Assembly: GCA_009993885.1 (NCBI GenBank) | Contig: JAACSN010000011.1 | Coordinates: 28,654-92,653 of the forward strand | Direction: 5' to 3' | DNA length: 64,000 nucleotides | From: Alphaproteobacteria bacterium | GTDB taxonomy: Bacteria > Pseudomonadota > Alphaproteobacteria > Caedimonadales > UBA9215 | Part shown: one piece after another, positions 49,833 through 58,780 of the stretch | How the letters are laid out: each line of letters starts with the position of its first letter | Position numbering within the stretch: position 1 is the stretch's first letter | Notes under the pieces: model-generated | What the model was told of the DNA's origin: nothing | Databases searched by the model: none | What the model saw: the letters and a program-made list of their open reading frames with translations, nothing else | Program-made: the position numbers and the translations under genes

Positions 49833-50162
49833 TTAAATATTCATATTCAAAATTTTGTCGAGGCTTTCTTTGGTGCGTTCATAGACACTTTTAAAACGCT
49901 GCAAGCTTATCTCTGCTTCTTTCATGGTGTGAACAAGTTCAAGGTCGGAAATTTTCCCGTGGACGGCTGCAACGGAGGCTTGGTCTGCGGCTTTTGATGC
50001 TTCAAGAGTTTCGTTAGCAACGCCTTTTACAAGTTCTGCAAAACTTCCTCCCGACATGCCGGCGGTTTTTTGAGATGTGCCTCCGGAAAGAAGAGGGGTT
50101 TTATCAAGACCTGTTACGGCTGAGGAAAAATTGGGTGTTGCGCCGGGTGTTATTGCTGCCAT
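49833..50162 (-). CDS. fliE: Flagellar hook-basal body protein FliE (divergent)
   Basis: SFAELV, ELV..M.EAEISLQ and terminal ILNMNI; follows flgC. Confidence 0.85.
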   Translation of the reverse strand: MAAITPGATPNFSSAVTGLDKTPLLSGGTSQKTAGMSGGSFAELVKGVANETLEASKAADQASVAAVHGKISDLELVHTMKEAEISLQRFKSVYERTKESLDKILNMNI

Positions 50163-50190
50163 TTTATATCTCTTTTATGTATCGTTTGTT

Positions 50191-50673
50191 CTAGTTCATC
50201 ATTTGTAGGGTGCGCTGACGCATATCCGTTGTCATTTGATAGCTTTTCATGGCGCGTTCATTATCCAATTTTGCTTGATGCATATCCATCATTGTCATAA
50301 GGGGGTCAAGTTTCGGCATATTAACCCGACCTTGTCTGTCCGCCTTCGGGTGCGTGGGATCATAGACCTTCATCATTTGGTTTTTATCTTGGATAATGCT
50401 TTTTACAGCTACACTAACGGCTTTTGTTTTCGGATCTTTTTTGGTCTTCATTTCTATTTTTTTAGGAGCATAATCAGCGGTTTTATTATTGGCCATATTT
50501 TCTGAGGCAACGCGCAAGCGGACATTGTTGGCTTTCATGGCATCGGTTAAGGTGCGTTGTGCCCGAGCAAGCGTATCTCGGCTTGTTGACGTTTTGGCGT
50601 AAAGGTTCGAAAAATTTCCCGCACTTAAGGTCAAAGACAGAAACAAAAAAAACATTTTAAGGGACGAAATCAT
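50191..50673 (-). CDS. flgC: Flagellar rod protein FlgC with an N-terminal signal-like extension
   Basis: MKA...RLRVASENMAN and YDPTHPKAD..G.V.MP. The ATG is 1 nt after the flgB stop. Confidence 0.88.
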   Translation of the reverse strand: MISSLKMFFLFLSLTLSAGNFSNLYAKTSTSRDTLARAQRTLTDAMKANNVRLRVASENMANNKTADYAPKKIEMKTKKDPKTKAVSVAVKSIIQDKNQMMKVYDPTHPKADRQGRVNMPKLDPLMTMMDMHQAKLDNERAMKSYQMTTDMRQRTLQMMN

Positions 50674-50674
50674 T

Positions 50675-51079
50675 TTATTTTCCGCCTCCCATATTAAGAA
50701 CCGTCTTAATGCGTTCGATTTCACTTTTATGAACTTGTTGGAGGCGATAAAAGTCGGTGGCGGCTTCGTTGAGTTGTAAGAGTTGTTCCTCGGGGCTAAT
50801 GCTATTACCCGTTAAGGTGGGTTCGGCTTGTTCTTTTGATTTTTTAATTTTAAAACCAACGTCTTTTACGCTGCCGCTTAAGTGATGAGCATTGGTCGTT
50901 TTAATAGAAGCTGTCGCAGAATTATGTTTAAGGGCTTGGCTAAAAGGTTCAATTTCCTTAGTTTTTTCTCCGGCAACACCGGAACGAGCCAAGTTGTCGG
51001 AGGTATTTTCTTGTCTGGCTTGGGTGTGCCGCATTTTTTCAAAAAGAAGTTGTGCCTGAGGTGTACTTGTTAAAGCCAT
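50675..51079 (-). CDS. flgB: Flagellar rod protein FlgB (divergent)
   Basis: KM....ARQ....NLA, TTNAHHL and TGNSISPEEQL. Confidence 0.82.
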   Translation of the reverse strand: MALTSTPQAQLLFEKMRHTQARQENTSDNLARSGVAGEKTKEIEPFSQALKHNSATASIKTTNAHHLSGSVKDVGFKIKKSKEQAEPTLTGNSISPEEQLLQLNEAATDFYRLQQVHKSEIERIKTVLNMGGGK

Positions 51080-51266
51080 GAAAACAATACCTTTTTTATT
51101 TATCTTTTTGATCCTGTATATTGTAGGTCAAAAGCTACACTTACATTATATCCATGTTTGAGAAAAAATATTAATAAATAGTAAATTTAAATTAATTTTA
51201 TGATATATTTGTAAGAGTTGGTGGGGAGAACCCATTGCGTTTGTTATATTAATGAATAGATGAGCC

Positions 51267-51488
51267 ATGCTTTATATTGGACGAAAACAGGGTGAGAGCG
51301 TTGTGATAGCCGACCGAGTTCGGGTGACGGTGCTTGAGATCGTGGGAAAAACAGCAAAGCTCGGCTTTGAATTTCCGGCGGATATGCAAGTGCATCGAGA
51401 AGAAGTTTATCAACGTATTCAAGAGGAAAACAAAGCGGCGTCACAAAGCTTTCATCTTCTTGCCGACCTTGAAAAAAAGAGGGGTTAG
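51267..51488 (+). CDS. csrA: Carbon storage regulator CsrA/RsmA
   Basis: MLYIGRKQGESVVIAD.V.VTVL.I.G...KLGFEFP....VHREEVYQRIQ.EN. Confidence 0.93.
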   Translation: MLYIGRKQGESVVIADRVRVTVLEIVGKTAKLGFEFPADMQVHREEVYQRIQEENKAASQSFHLLADLEKKRG

Positions 51489-51489
51489 C

Positions 51490-51843
51490 ATGGCCGCGGG
51501 TATTTCGGAAAAAATCAAAAAAATAGAAGAAGCTGTTGATATTATTGAGAAATATCAAGAGAACTTGATCCATACCCTTGAGGAGGAAGAGCCCTTTGAT
51601 TTGTCTTGTTTGTCTCCCCATTTGCGAGCAATGAACAGTTTGGCGCCCGAACTTCCCACCATGGATCCGACATTGAGGGCTCAAGTTCAAGAAGCCGTTG
51701 CGGCTTTTCGAAAATCCCTTGATACTTTGCTGGATACGGCCAATCGGTATAAAGATAAGGTCGTTGACGAGACAAACAAAGCACGCGGTTATACCAAGAG
51801 TACTGCGGCTTATGCTAAGGCAAGTAACGGAGTCAATAACTAA
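51490..51843 (+). CDS. Hypothetical helical protein, possible flagellar chaperone (FlgN/FliT-like)
   Basis: 117 aa, starts 1 nt after the csrA stop, overlaps the fliO start and ends with ..AAYAK. Confidence 0.55.
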   Translation: MAAGISEKIKKIEEAVDIIEKYQENLIHTLEEEEPFDLSCLSPHLRAMNSLAPELPTMDPTLRAQVQEAVAAFRKSLDTLLDTANRYKDKVVDETNKARGYTKSTAAYAKASNGVNN

Positions 51844-52157
51844 TGCTACCGGATGAGTCTGTGCTTAGTATCGCCGCTTTGGGGAAATTGGTTTTCGGTT
51901 TGTTATCGGTTCTTGCCATTTTAGGTTTGTTGCTTTGGTTTTTAAAATTTTTGCAAAGAAAGAAATTAGTCTTTTCCGGATCGGGGAATGATTTAAAGAT
52001 TTTGCAAACGACTCATTTGAGCCCTAAACAAAAACTCACCGTTGTGAATTGGCAGGACACTCAATATCTCATAGCGTTAACGACAGACGGTGGTTTTTTG
52101 TTAGATAAGAAACCGATAAAAATTGTTGATAAGACTAAAGAAAGAGCGCAAGGATGA
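51843..52157 (+). CDS. fliO: Flagellar biosynthesis protein FliO
   Basis: TM segment, then LKILQTTHLSPKQKLTVV.....YLI; upstream of fliP. Confidence 0.85.
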   Translation: MLPDESVLSIAALGKLVFGLLSVLAILGLLLWFLKFLQRKKLVFSGSGNDLKILQTTHLSPKQKLTVVNWQDTQYLIALTTDGGFLLDKKPIKIVDKTKERAQG

Positions 52158-52990
52158 TGACTCACCTAAAGGTAGCAGAGCGGCTTAAAGATCATAGTTA
52201 TGCGGCACTTTTTTTAAGAAATATCGTTTTATTTTTGTTTCCGAAAACACCTCTTAAAAAGTTAGGGGCGGCCTTGTTTTTTTGTGCTGCTTTCGGGGGG
52301 CTTTTTGCGCCGGATGTGGCGGCTCAAAGTATCTCCTTTGATATGGGAGAAAACAATAGCGCTTTGACAACCCGCCTTGTCCAATTTATTTTGCTGGTCA
52401 CAGTGATCTCTTTAGCACCGTCAATTTTGTTGATGGTGACGTCTTTTACAAGGTTGATTGTTGTGTTTTCCTTTTTACGGAGCGCTCTTGGGATGCAACA
52501 ATCCCCGCCAAATACAATCTTGGTGAGCCTTGCTCTCTTTTTAACCCTCTTTATTATGGCGCCCACCTTTGAAAAAGCCTATGAAACGGGGGTTAAGCCT
52601 TTTATGGAAGAGCAAATTGACGAGAAACAAGCTTTTGAGCTTATAGCGGAGCCTTTTCATGCTTTTATGCGTAAAAATACCCGTGAAAAAGAAATAGAAC
52701 TATTCTCCGATATTGCTAAGTCGCAGGCTGTTGAAAAAGTCGAAGATATTCCGCTTAAAATTCTTGTACCTGCTTTTATGATCAGTGAATTGCGTCGCGC
52801 TTTTGAGATTGGTTTTCTCTTATTTCTACCCTTTGTCATTATTGACATGGTTGTGGCATCTGTCCTGATGTCCATGGGTATGATGATGTTGCCGCCTATG
52901 ATGATTTCTTTACCTTTCAAGATTATTTTCTTTGTGTTGGTAGACGGGTGGTATCTGATTGTTCAGAGCCTTGTTCGCGGTTTCGGTTAA
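52154..52990 (+). CDS. fliP: Flagellar export gate protein FliP
   Basis: MVTSFTR, QQSPPN, PAFMISEL..AFEIGF and MGMMMLPP..ISLPFK. Confidence 0.98.
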   Translation: MMTHLKVAERLKDHSYAALFLRNIVLFLFPKTPLKKLGAALFFCAAFGGLFAPDVAAQSISFDMGENNSALTTRLVQFILLVTVISLAPSILLMVTSFTRLIVVFSFLRSALGMQQSPPNTILVSLALFLTLFIMAPTFEKAYETGVKPFMEEQIDEKQAFELIAEPFHAFMRKNTREKEIELFSDIAKSQAVEKVEDIPLKILVPAFMISELRRAFEIGFLLFLPFVIIDMVVASVLMSMGMMMLPPMMISLPFKIIFFVLVDGWYLIVQSLVRGFG

Positions 52991-53126
52991 TGCTTATTTC
53001 TCGTTTTTTTATAACGTTCACGCCAAAAATCCCTTCAATAAATCAATGTCCTGTTTCTTTTTAGGTTGTGAGCGCTTTTTGTAAAGTTTTTTATGGCGTA
53101 CTCTAAGAAAAACAGGGAGGATTTTT

Positions 53127-53777
53127 ATGCATTTTTTTATCTTATTTTTTATCTTATTTTGCGGTTGTGAAACTTTTGCTTCGTTAGAGGAGGTCATTGA
53201 TCCCTACGGAAAGGGGGAATTATTGCCCAAAAGGGCGATGTCATTTGAATTGGATGAATCTGCCTTAAGTCTTCCGGACTCCGAATGCAAAAGAACCTTA
53301 GCGAGAACATTGATTAAAAATGACCGAAAGCTTATGTTTTATTTGAGTAAAAACAAAGGATTATCCTTTTCCGAGAAACTCTCTCATAGGCTTCAAGCCT
53401 TTCAATATGTTGTGGAATATTATAATTCTGAGTTTGAAACGTCGACCGAAACGCTTTTTCAATATGAAGAGAATTTTATTCCTCTTTTTCAATTCACAGG
53501 CGGTGATTGGATTCGCCTTCAGGGAGTTGTGTGCGGAAGTCATGACAGTATGTGTTTTATTATTATGCCCGATAAGAAATTAAGGGCGGAATGTAGGGAT
53601 AAGACGATCATATATGAAAGTTGTTTTGAAGAACCTTATTATCGTTTTTTAAGTAATAAAGAGAAAAAAATTAGGGGAGGAGGCAGTTCTATTGTGCCGC
53701 GTGATCAAAGGGAGCAAAGCGATCGCACGCCGCAGCCCCGTTCTTTACGAAAGAAGAAATATAGAGGCTCTCGGTAG
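53127..53777 (+). CDS. Secreted hypothetical protein with a basic C-terminus
   Basis: GGGAGG RBS, signal peptide ending TFA-S, tail RSLRKKKYRGSR. Confidence 0.75.
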   Translation: MHFFILFFILFCGCETFASLEEVIDPYGKGELLPKRAMSFELDESALSLPDSECKRTLARTLIKNDRKLMFYLSKNKGLSFSEKLSHRLQAFQYVVEYYNSEFETSTETLFQYEENFIPLFQFTGGDWIRLQGVVCGSHDSMCFIIMPDKKLRAECRDKTIIYESCFEEPYYRFLSNKEKKIRGGGSSIVPRDQREQSDRTPQPRSLRKKKYRGSR

Positions 53778-53841
53778 CAAACCTTTGTTAACGCATTTTT
53801 CCCCCTTTCTTAGAGAATTGTTAATTTTTCCCTTTTATACC

Positions 53842-53862
53842 TTAATGCACAAGCTGCATTAA
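53842..53862. promoter_or_regulatory. Palindromic operator candidate
   Basis: TTAATGCA-N5-TGCATTAA, which contains ATGC-N7-GCAT (T-N11-A). Confidence 0.4.
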
Positions 53863-53879
53863 AAAAATAGAGGGTGAAA

Positions 53880-54221
53880 ATGAAAGTTACAACTATTTTA
53901 GGAAGTTTTTTTATTATAGGGCTTTGCCGGGCTTCTCTTATTGTTAGTGAGTCGGATGGTGAAACAGGACAGCCGATGATGACGCCGTCGCCCTCCTTTG
54001 AAGATCTTTCAGGAGAGGGAGGAAGCTTGACCCCTCTTAGGTCTGAAAAAATCAAGAAAGAGCTTGCAAAAAAGTTTGCTAATATCTCGCCACGTACGGT
54101 TGAGGGCGTTAATGCAGAGGCTGCTGCCGTCAAAAAAGCTAAAGGTCACGGCAGTATCATCATACAAAAGATTGCAGCCGATTCTAAAAAATCCCCGAGG
54201 TTGTTCATCACGTCTCAATGA
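53880..54221 (+). CDS. Small secreted hypothetical protein
   Basis: GAGGG RBS, MKVTTILGSFFIIGLCRA-S and a disordered S/T-P-rich body. Confidence 0.65.
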   Translation: MKVTTILGSFFIIGLCRASLIVSESDGETGQPMMTPSPSFEDLSGEGGSLTPLRSEKIKKELAKKFANISPRTVEGVNAEAAAVKKAKGHGSIIIQKIAADSKKSPRLFITSQ

Positions 54222-54379
54222 TGAAATAGAGAGAGCTTAGTCCTTCTTAAACGGTTTTTTCTTACGCAAACGAGAAGCTTAATATCGCCTAAGAGGTGCG
54301 GGTAAATTCTGTTCCCTTGTTTTTTTTCACTAAATCCGCTATGACTAGGGAAGATTTTTGAGAAGGATTTAGGAGTAGA

Positions 54380-56053
54380 ATGACCCAATATATTTACACC
54401 ATGCAAGGCGTTAGTAAAAATTACCCCGGAGGCAAGCAAGTCATCCGTGATATTTCCTTGTCTTTTATTCCGGGCGCTAAAATCGGTGTTATCGGTGTTA
54501 ACGGTGCCGGTAAATCAAGTTTTATGAAAATTGTCGCAGGTATTGATAAAGAATTCGGTGGTGAGGCTTGGGCTGCAGAAGGCACAACCATGGGGTATTT
54601 ACCCCAAGAGCCAAATCTTGATCCCGCTTTGAGCGTAAAAGAAAATATTGAGGCCGGTATTAAAGGGTTCTCTTGCCTTTTAAAGCGCTTTGAAGAAATT
54701 AGTGCAAAGTTTGCTGAAGAAATGAGCGACGATGAGATGAATGCGCTTATTGAAGAGCAAGGGGAGCTGCAGGAACAAATCGAAGCTGCGGACGGTTGGG
54801 ATTTAGATCGCCGCATTGAAATTGCTATGGATGCGTTGCGTTGTCCGCCGGCCGATGCCTCTGTTGAGAGGCTTTCGGGGGGAGAAAAGCGCCGTGTGGC
54901 TTTGTGTCGTTTGTTGATGCAACAACCTGATATTCTTTTGTTAGATGAACCGACTAACCACTTGGACGCCGAGTCCGTTTCCTGGTTAGATCAATATCTT
55001 CAAAATTATAAAGGCATGGTTATTCTGGTCACCCACGATCGTTATTTCTTGGATAACGTTGTGGATTGGGTTCTTGAACTTGATCGCGGTGAGGGCATTC
55101 CCTTTAAGGGAAATTATTCGTCTTGGCTTGAGCAAAAGCAAAAGCGCCTTGCCCAAGAAGAAAAAGAAGAAGGCAATCGTCAAAAAACGATCTTACGAGA
55201 GCTTGAGTGGATTCGCCAATCACCAAAGGCAAGACAAGCAAAGAATAAGGCTCGTATACAATCCTATGATCAGTTGTTGAATCAGGATATGAATGAGAAA
55301 ATGAAGACTGCTCAAATTATGATTCCGGCGGGCCCACGTTTGGGAAGCAATGTCATTGAATTTGAAAATGTGAGCAAAGCCTTTGGCGAAAAATTCCTCA
55401 TTGATAATCTCTCTTTTAAAATGCCTCCGGGGGCTATTGTGGGTGTGATCGGGCCAAACGGAGCCGGAAAAACGACGCTTACAAAGATGATGACTAATAA
55501 TGATAATCCCGATCAAGGGGATATCCGCATCGGAGAAACCGTTAAGATGGCTTATGTGGATCAAGTGCGTGATAATCTTGATGATGATAAAACCGTTTGG
55601 GAGGAAATCTCCGACGGCCTAGATGAAATCGAATTGGGCAAAGCAAAAATGCAAAGCCGAGCCTATTGCGGTCGTTTTAACTTTAAGGGCTCCGACCAGC
55701 AAAAGCGGATGGCGCAGCTATCCGGCGGAGAGCGTAACCGCGTTCATTTGGCCAAGATTTTAAAAAGTGGTGCCAACGTTATTCTTCTGGATGAGCCGAC
55801 TAACGACCTTGATGTGGATACATTGCGCGCCCTTGAAGAAGCGCTCATTGATTTTGCCGGTTGTGCCGTTGTGGTAAGCCATGATCGTTGGTTCTTAGAT
55901 CGTATCGCTACTCATATCCTTGCCTTTGAAGGGGATAGCCATGTGGAGTGGTTTGAGGGTAACTATGCAGACTACGAAGCAGATCGTAAGCGCCGCCTTG
56001 GGGATAACGCCGCTCAGCCGACACGTATTAAGTATAAGCCTTTAACACGTTAA
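54380..56053 (+). CDS. ettA: ABC-F translational throttle EttA
   Basis: [43 protein letters not shown] and LSGGERNR. Confidence 0.97.
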   Translation: MTQYIYTMQGVSKNYPGGKQVIRDISLSFIPGAKIGVIGVNGAGKSSFMKIVAGIDKEFGGEAWAAEGTTMGYLPQEPNLDPALSVKENIEAGIKGFSCLLKRFEEISAKFAEEMSDDEMNALIEEQGELQEQIEAADGWDLDRRIEIAMDALRCPPADASVERLSGGEKRRVALCRLLMQQPDILLLDEPTNHLDAESVSWLDQYLQNYKGMVILVTHDRYFLDNVVDWVLELDRGEGIPFKGNYSSWLEQKQKRLAQEEKEEGNRQKTILRELEWIRQSPKARQAKNKARIQSYDQLLNQDMNEKMKTAQIMIPAGPRLGSNVIEFENVSKAFGEKFLIDNLSFKMPPGAIVGVIGPNGAGKTTLTKMMTNNDNPDQGDIRIGETVKMAYVDQVRDNLDDDKTVWEEISDGLDEIELGKAKMQSRAYCGRFNFKGSDQQKRMAQLSGGERNRVHLAKILKSGANVILLDEPTNDLDVDTLRALEEALIDFAGCAVVVSHDRWFLDRIATHILAFEGDSHVEWFEGNYADYEADRKRRLGDNAAQPTRIKYKPLTR

Positions 56054-56078
56054 AAAGCCGTTGTTCATCCGTAAGAGA

Positions 56079-56109
56079 GCCTCATTTCCCAAAGGAGTGA
56101 GGTTTTTTT
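56079..56109 (+). terminator. Intrinsic terminator after ettA
   Basis: CCTCATTTCC-CAAA-GGAGTGAGG followed by T7. Confidence 0.75.
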
Positions 56110-56185
56110 ATGTGTTTTTTTAAAGAGGGCGTGAGAAATCTTGCTTTTTATATGGGAAACGTTAAAAGAAGAAAAATTTTTCGAC

Positions 56186-56357
56186 AAAATGCCCGGATAG
56201 GTCTAATCCCACGGGATTATCGTCATCCGGGCCAAGTTGGGTAAGACACAAGCTCGAGGTTACAAGTCGATTGTGTCTTACTTTCGCATCCCGCAAGACA
56301 GGAATAAAGGGGATGCAAAACTCTAAGCGATGGTCAAGGTACGTACCTCAATCAACA
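56186..56357 (-). ncRNA. Candidate structured small RNA (three stem-loops)
   Basis: Hairpins at 56191-56232, 56241-56281 and 56282-56320. Minus-strand promoter TTGATT-N16-TATATT at 56391-56364. The last hairpin is followed by ATTTT. Strand is inferred. Confidence 0.6.
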
Positions 56358-56550
56358 GTTGCTAATATACATATGAGAAATGGAAAATCAATAGAAAAAA
56401 GCATGTTTTTCTTTTTTTGCATTTCTAGGGGGTGTGTTTTTTCAAAAACGAGTGTCTGTAAAAAGGCTACGTTAGGTGTTAACCGGAGAGGCAGTTTTTT
56501 TTAAAATAGTAGGCTGAATGCAATTGGGCAGGTGTTTCTTGAGACAAGCT

Positions 56551-57441
56551 TTAAGAATGCGCGTAGGTTTCAAATCGAGATCTTAAAAAGGCTTCTATAT
56601 CTTTTTCTGTTTTTGTTTGAATTTCGTCTTCTCGTTTAACAAAGCAAACCCTAAAGGTTCGGCCTTCTTCATTGGGGAGAATTTCAACAAAATCTTCATT
56701 TTTTAGAAGGGAAAACTCCCTTACAATGCCAAGTATTCCAAGTCCTGCTCTTAAGGCCTCGAATTGCCCTAGGGGAGAATTAATTTGTAAAAGGGCATTT
56801 CTTTTTACCGAGGCATTTTCCGTATCTAAATACCAATCCAAGTTTACAGAAGAGTAAAGGCGTTCTGAAGAATAACCGATAAATTTATGGTTATCGAGAT
56901 CCTTAGAGTCCTTTGGGAGGCCGTATTTTTCAATATAAGTTTTATGAGCGTATAAGCGGCTATGGAGCTCTAAGATGACGGTTTGAGAGATGCCTTTTGT
57001 TTTGCTTTGAAAGGGTAAGATGCCAAAATCTTCTTGTGATTGTAAAATATCAGGCTTTTTTTGTGTGTTGATAACAACATTAATATTATTATTCATTTTG
57101 AGAAATTCGGCAATTTCTTTGGCTATAATAGAGCTGAGCGCCCCGTCGGTGGTGAGAATTTTGATTTTCTTTTCTTTTTTTTCAGAAAAGTCATGAGTCG
57201 TTAAGATGTTATCCAAATTTGCGACATTGGAGGCTATTTGGGCGAAAAAGCTTTCACCGTTTTCTGTTAAGGCAACCCCATAGCGTTTTCTTTTGATTAA
57301 TTTTTTATTGAGGTGGGCTTCAAGAAGTTTGATGTGTTTGCTGACACTTGCCGTATTAAGTCGTAAGGCTTCTGCGGCGCGGCCAATGTTGAGTTCTCGC
57401 GCAACATAATAAAAGATTCTTAGTTTTTCCAAGTCAAGCAT
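56551..57441 (-). CDS. LysR-type regulator, LsrB/VtlR-like
   Basis: D.EKLRIFY HTH; LYA...YI..YG.P....DLDNH..I and LQINS recall rhizobial LsrB/VtlR. Confidence 0.88.
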   Translation of the reverse strand: MLDLEKLRIFYYVARELNIGRAAEALRLNTASVSKHIKLLEAHLNKKLIKRKRYGVALTENGESFFAQIASNVANLDNILTTHDFSEKKEKKIKILTTDGALSSIIAKEIAEFLKMNNNINVVINTQKKPDILQSQEDFGILPFQSKTKGISQTVILELHSRLYAHKTYIEKYGLPKDSKDLDNHKFIGYSSERLYSSVNLDWYLDTENASVKRNALLQINSPLGQFEALRAGLGILGIVREFSLLKNEDFVEILPNEEGRTFRVCFVKREDEIQTKTEKDIEAFLRSRFETYAHS

Positions 57442-57485
57442 ATTCTTCTTATTCCCGTATAAGGTCGACAGAATAGTAAATGAAA

Positions 57486-57849
57486 GTATCGGAAGTCTAT
57501 AAGCCGGGTTCTGTCCTGATAAAATCAGGGGCGATCATTTATCTAGGCCCTTTGTTACCGAAGGGCTCGAGCGACCTACCCGGATAACGATGCAGAAACA
57601 CACCGTAATGTTATCCCTATTTGGTCTTGCTCCGGATGGGGTTTACCCTGCCATTCCTGTTACCAGCAATGCGGTGCGCTCTTACCGCACCATTTCACCC
57701 TTACCCCTATAAAGAGGCGGTATATTTTCTGTGGCACTTTCCCTAGGATTTCTCCCGCCGGACGTTATCCGGCATCCTTGTTTCTGTGGAGCCCGGACTT
57801 TCCTCGGTTTTGCCAAAAGACAAAAACGCGACCGCCCGACTTCCGATAC
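57486..57849 (-). ncRNA. rnpB: RNase P RNA (class A)
   Basis: GAGGAAAGTCCGGGCTCC, AGTGCCACAGAAA, GGTAAACCCC and ACAGAACCCGGCTTAT. P1 is formed by the terminal inverted repeat GTATCGGAAGTC. Confidence 0.97.
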
Positions 57850-58005
57850 TCTTTTAGTATATACCGTTTTTTCTGACAAAAGGTCAATGATTAAAACGAT
57901 TCTTGGACTTTGAACCTCTTTCCGTATAAAGCATTTTTTCTGTTAATAATTTTCCGAATGCCCTGTATTTTTTATAAAGATTATGTTAGTTAAAATAAAA
58001 ATAGT

Positions 58006-58746
58006 TTGAAAGTGAATTGCAACGTGAAAGAACAATCAACTCCTTTACTTAATAAGAGGCCGTGTCATAAAGACGTAGGGTCTGAGAAGTTCTACGGCCG
58101 ACGTATGGGACGCCCTTTACGAAAAGTGAGTCAGGACTTGATTGAACAATTTTTACCGTCGGTGACGTTTGATAAAACATTGATACAAGATCCCCATGCT
58201 GATTTTGATCAAGATGCAGAGGAATTATGGCTTGAAATCGGTTTTGGAGGCGGTGAGCATCTTTGCGGTCAAGCTCGTGCGAATCCTCAGGTGAATTTTC
58301 TAGGGGCTGAGGCCTTTATGAACGGTATTGCTTTAATGCTGCGAGAGCTTCTTGAAACGGGGATTGAGAATGTGCGACTTTGGCCGGAAGATGTACGTCC
58401 TTTGTTGGATAGCTTACCGAAAGAGAGTTTGTCTCGTGTTTTCTTGTTGTTTCCCGATCCATGGCCGAAAATGCGCCACCATAAGCGTCGTTTTGTTAAT
58501 CCTAAAAACCTCGAGCGTTTAGCCTACTTGATGAAGCCCGGTGCTGAATTTCGTCTGGCAACGGATCATTCCGATTATCTTGAGTGGATGGTAGAGCACA
58601 TGAAGGCAAGTAAAGACTTTACGGCACAATTTGATTGGGATAACCTTCCGACAACGCGTCCCGAAGACTGGATTCCGACGCGCTATGAAACCAAGGCGCT
58701 TTCTCAAGGTGTGACCTGTACTTATATGACTTTTAAGCGCTTATGA
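58006..58746 (+). CDS. trmB: tRNA (guanine-N7) methyltransferase
   Basis: WLEIGFGGGEHL, FPDPWPK.RHHKRR, ATD and TRYE.KA. Confidence 0.97.
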   Translation: MKVNCNVKEQSTPLLNKRPCHKDVGSEKFYGRRMGRPLRKVSQDLIEQFLPSVTFDKTLIQDPHADFDQDAEELWLEIGFGGGEHLCGQARANPQVNFLGAEAFMNGIALMLRELLETGIENVRLWPEDVRPLLDSLPKESLSRVFLLFPDPWPKMRHHKRRFVNPKNLERLAYLMKPGAEFRLATDHSDYLEWMVEHMKASKDFTAQFDWDNLPTTRPEDWIPTRYETKALSQGVTCTYMTFKRL

Positions 58747-58780
58747 TTTCAGGAGAGTTATTTTAAAAGAATCCGGCACG

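Noticed and set aside
50191-50724. Longer 177 aa FlgC start from the ORF track
   Set aside because: It overlaps the flgB coding end. ATG 50673 has the RBS and translational coupling.
56191-56320. Hairpins as a retron msr-msd or a mini-CRISPR
   Set aside because: There is no reverse transcriptase or cas gene nearby, and the hairpins are not repeats of each other.
57682-57913. Short ORFs of 60-65 aa
   Set aside because: They overlap the RNase P RNA gene.
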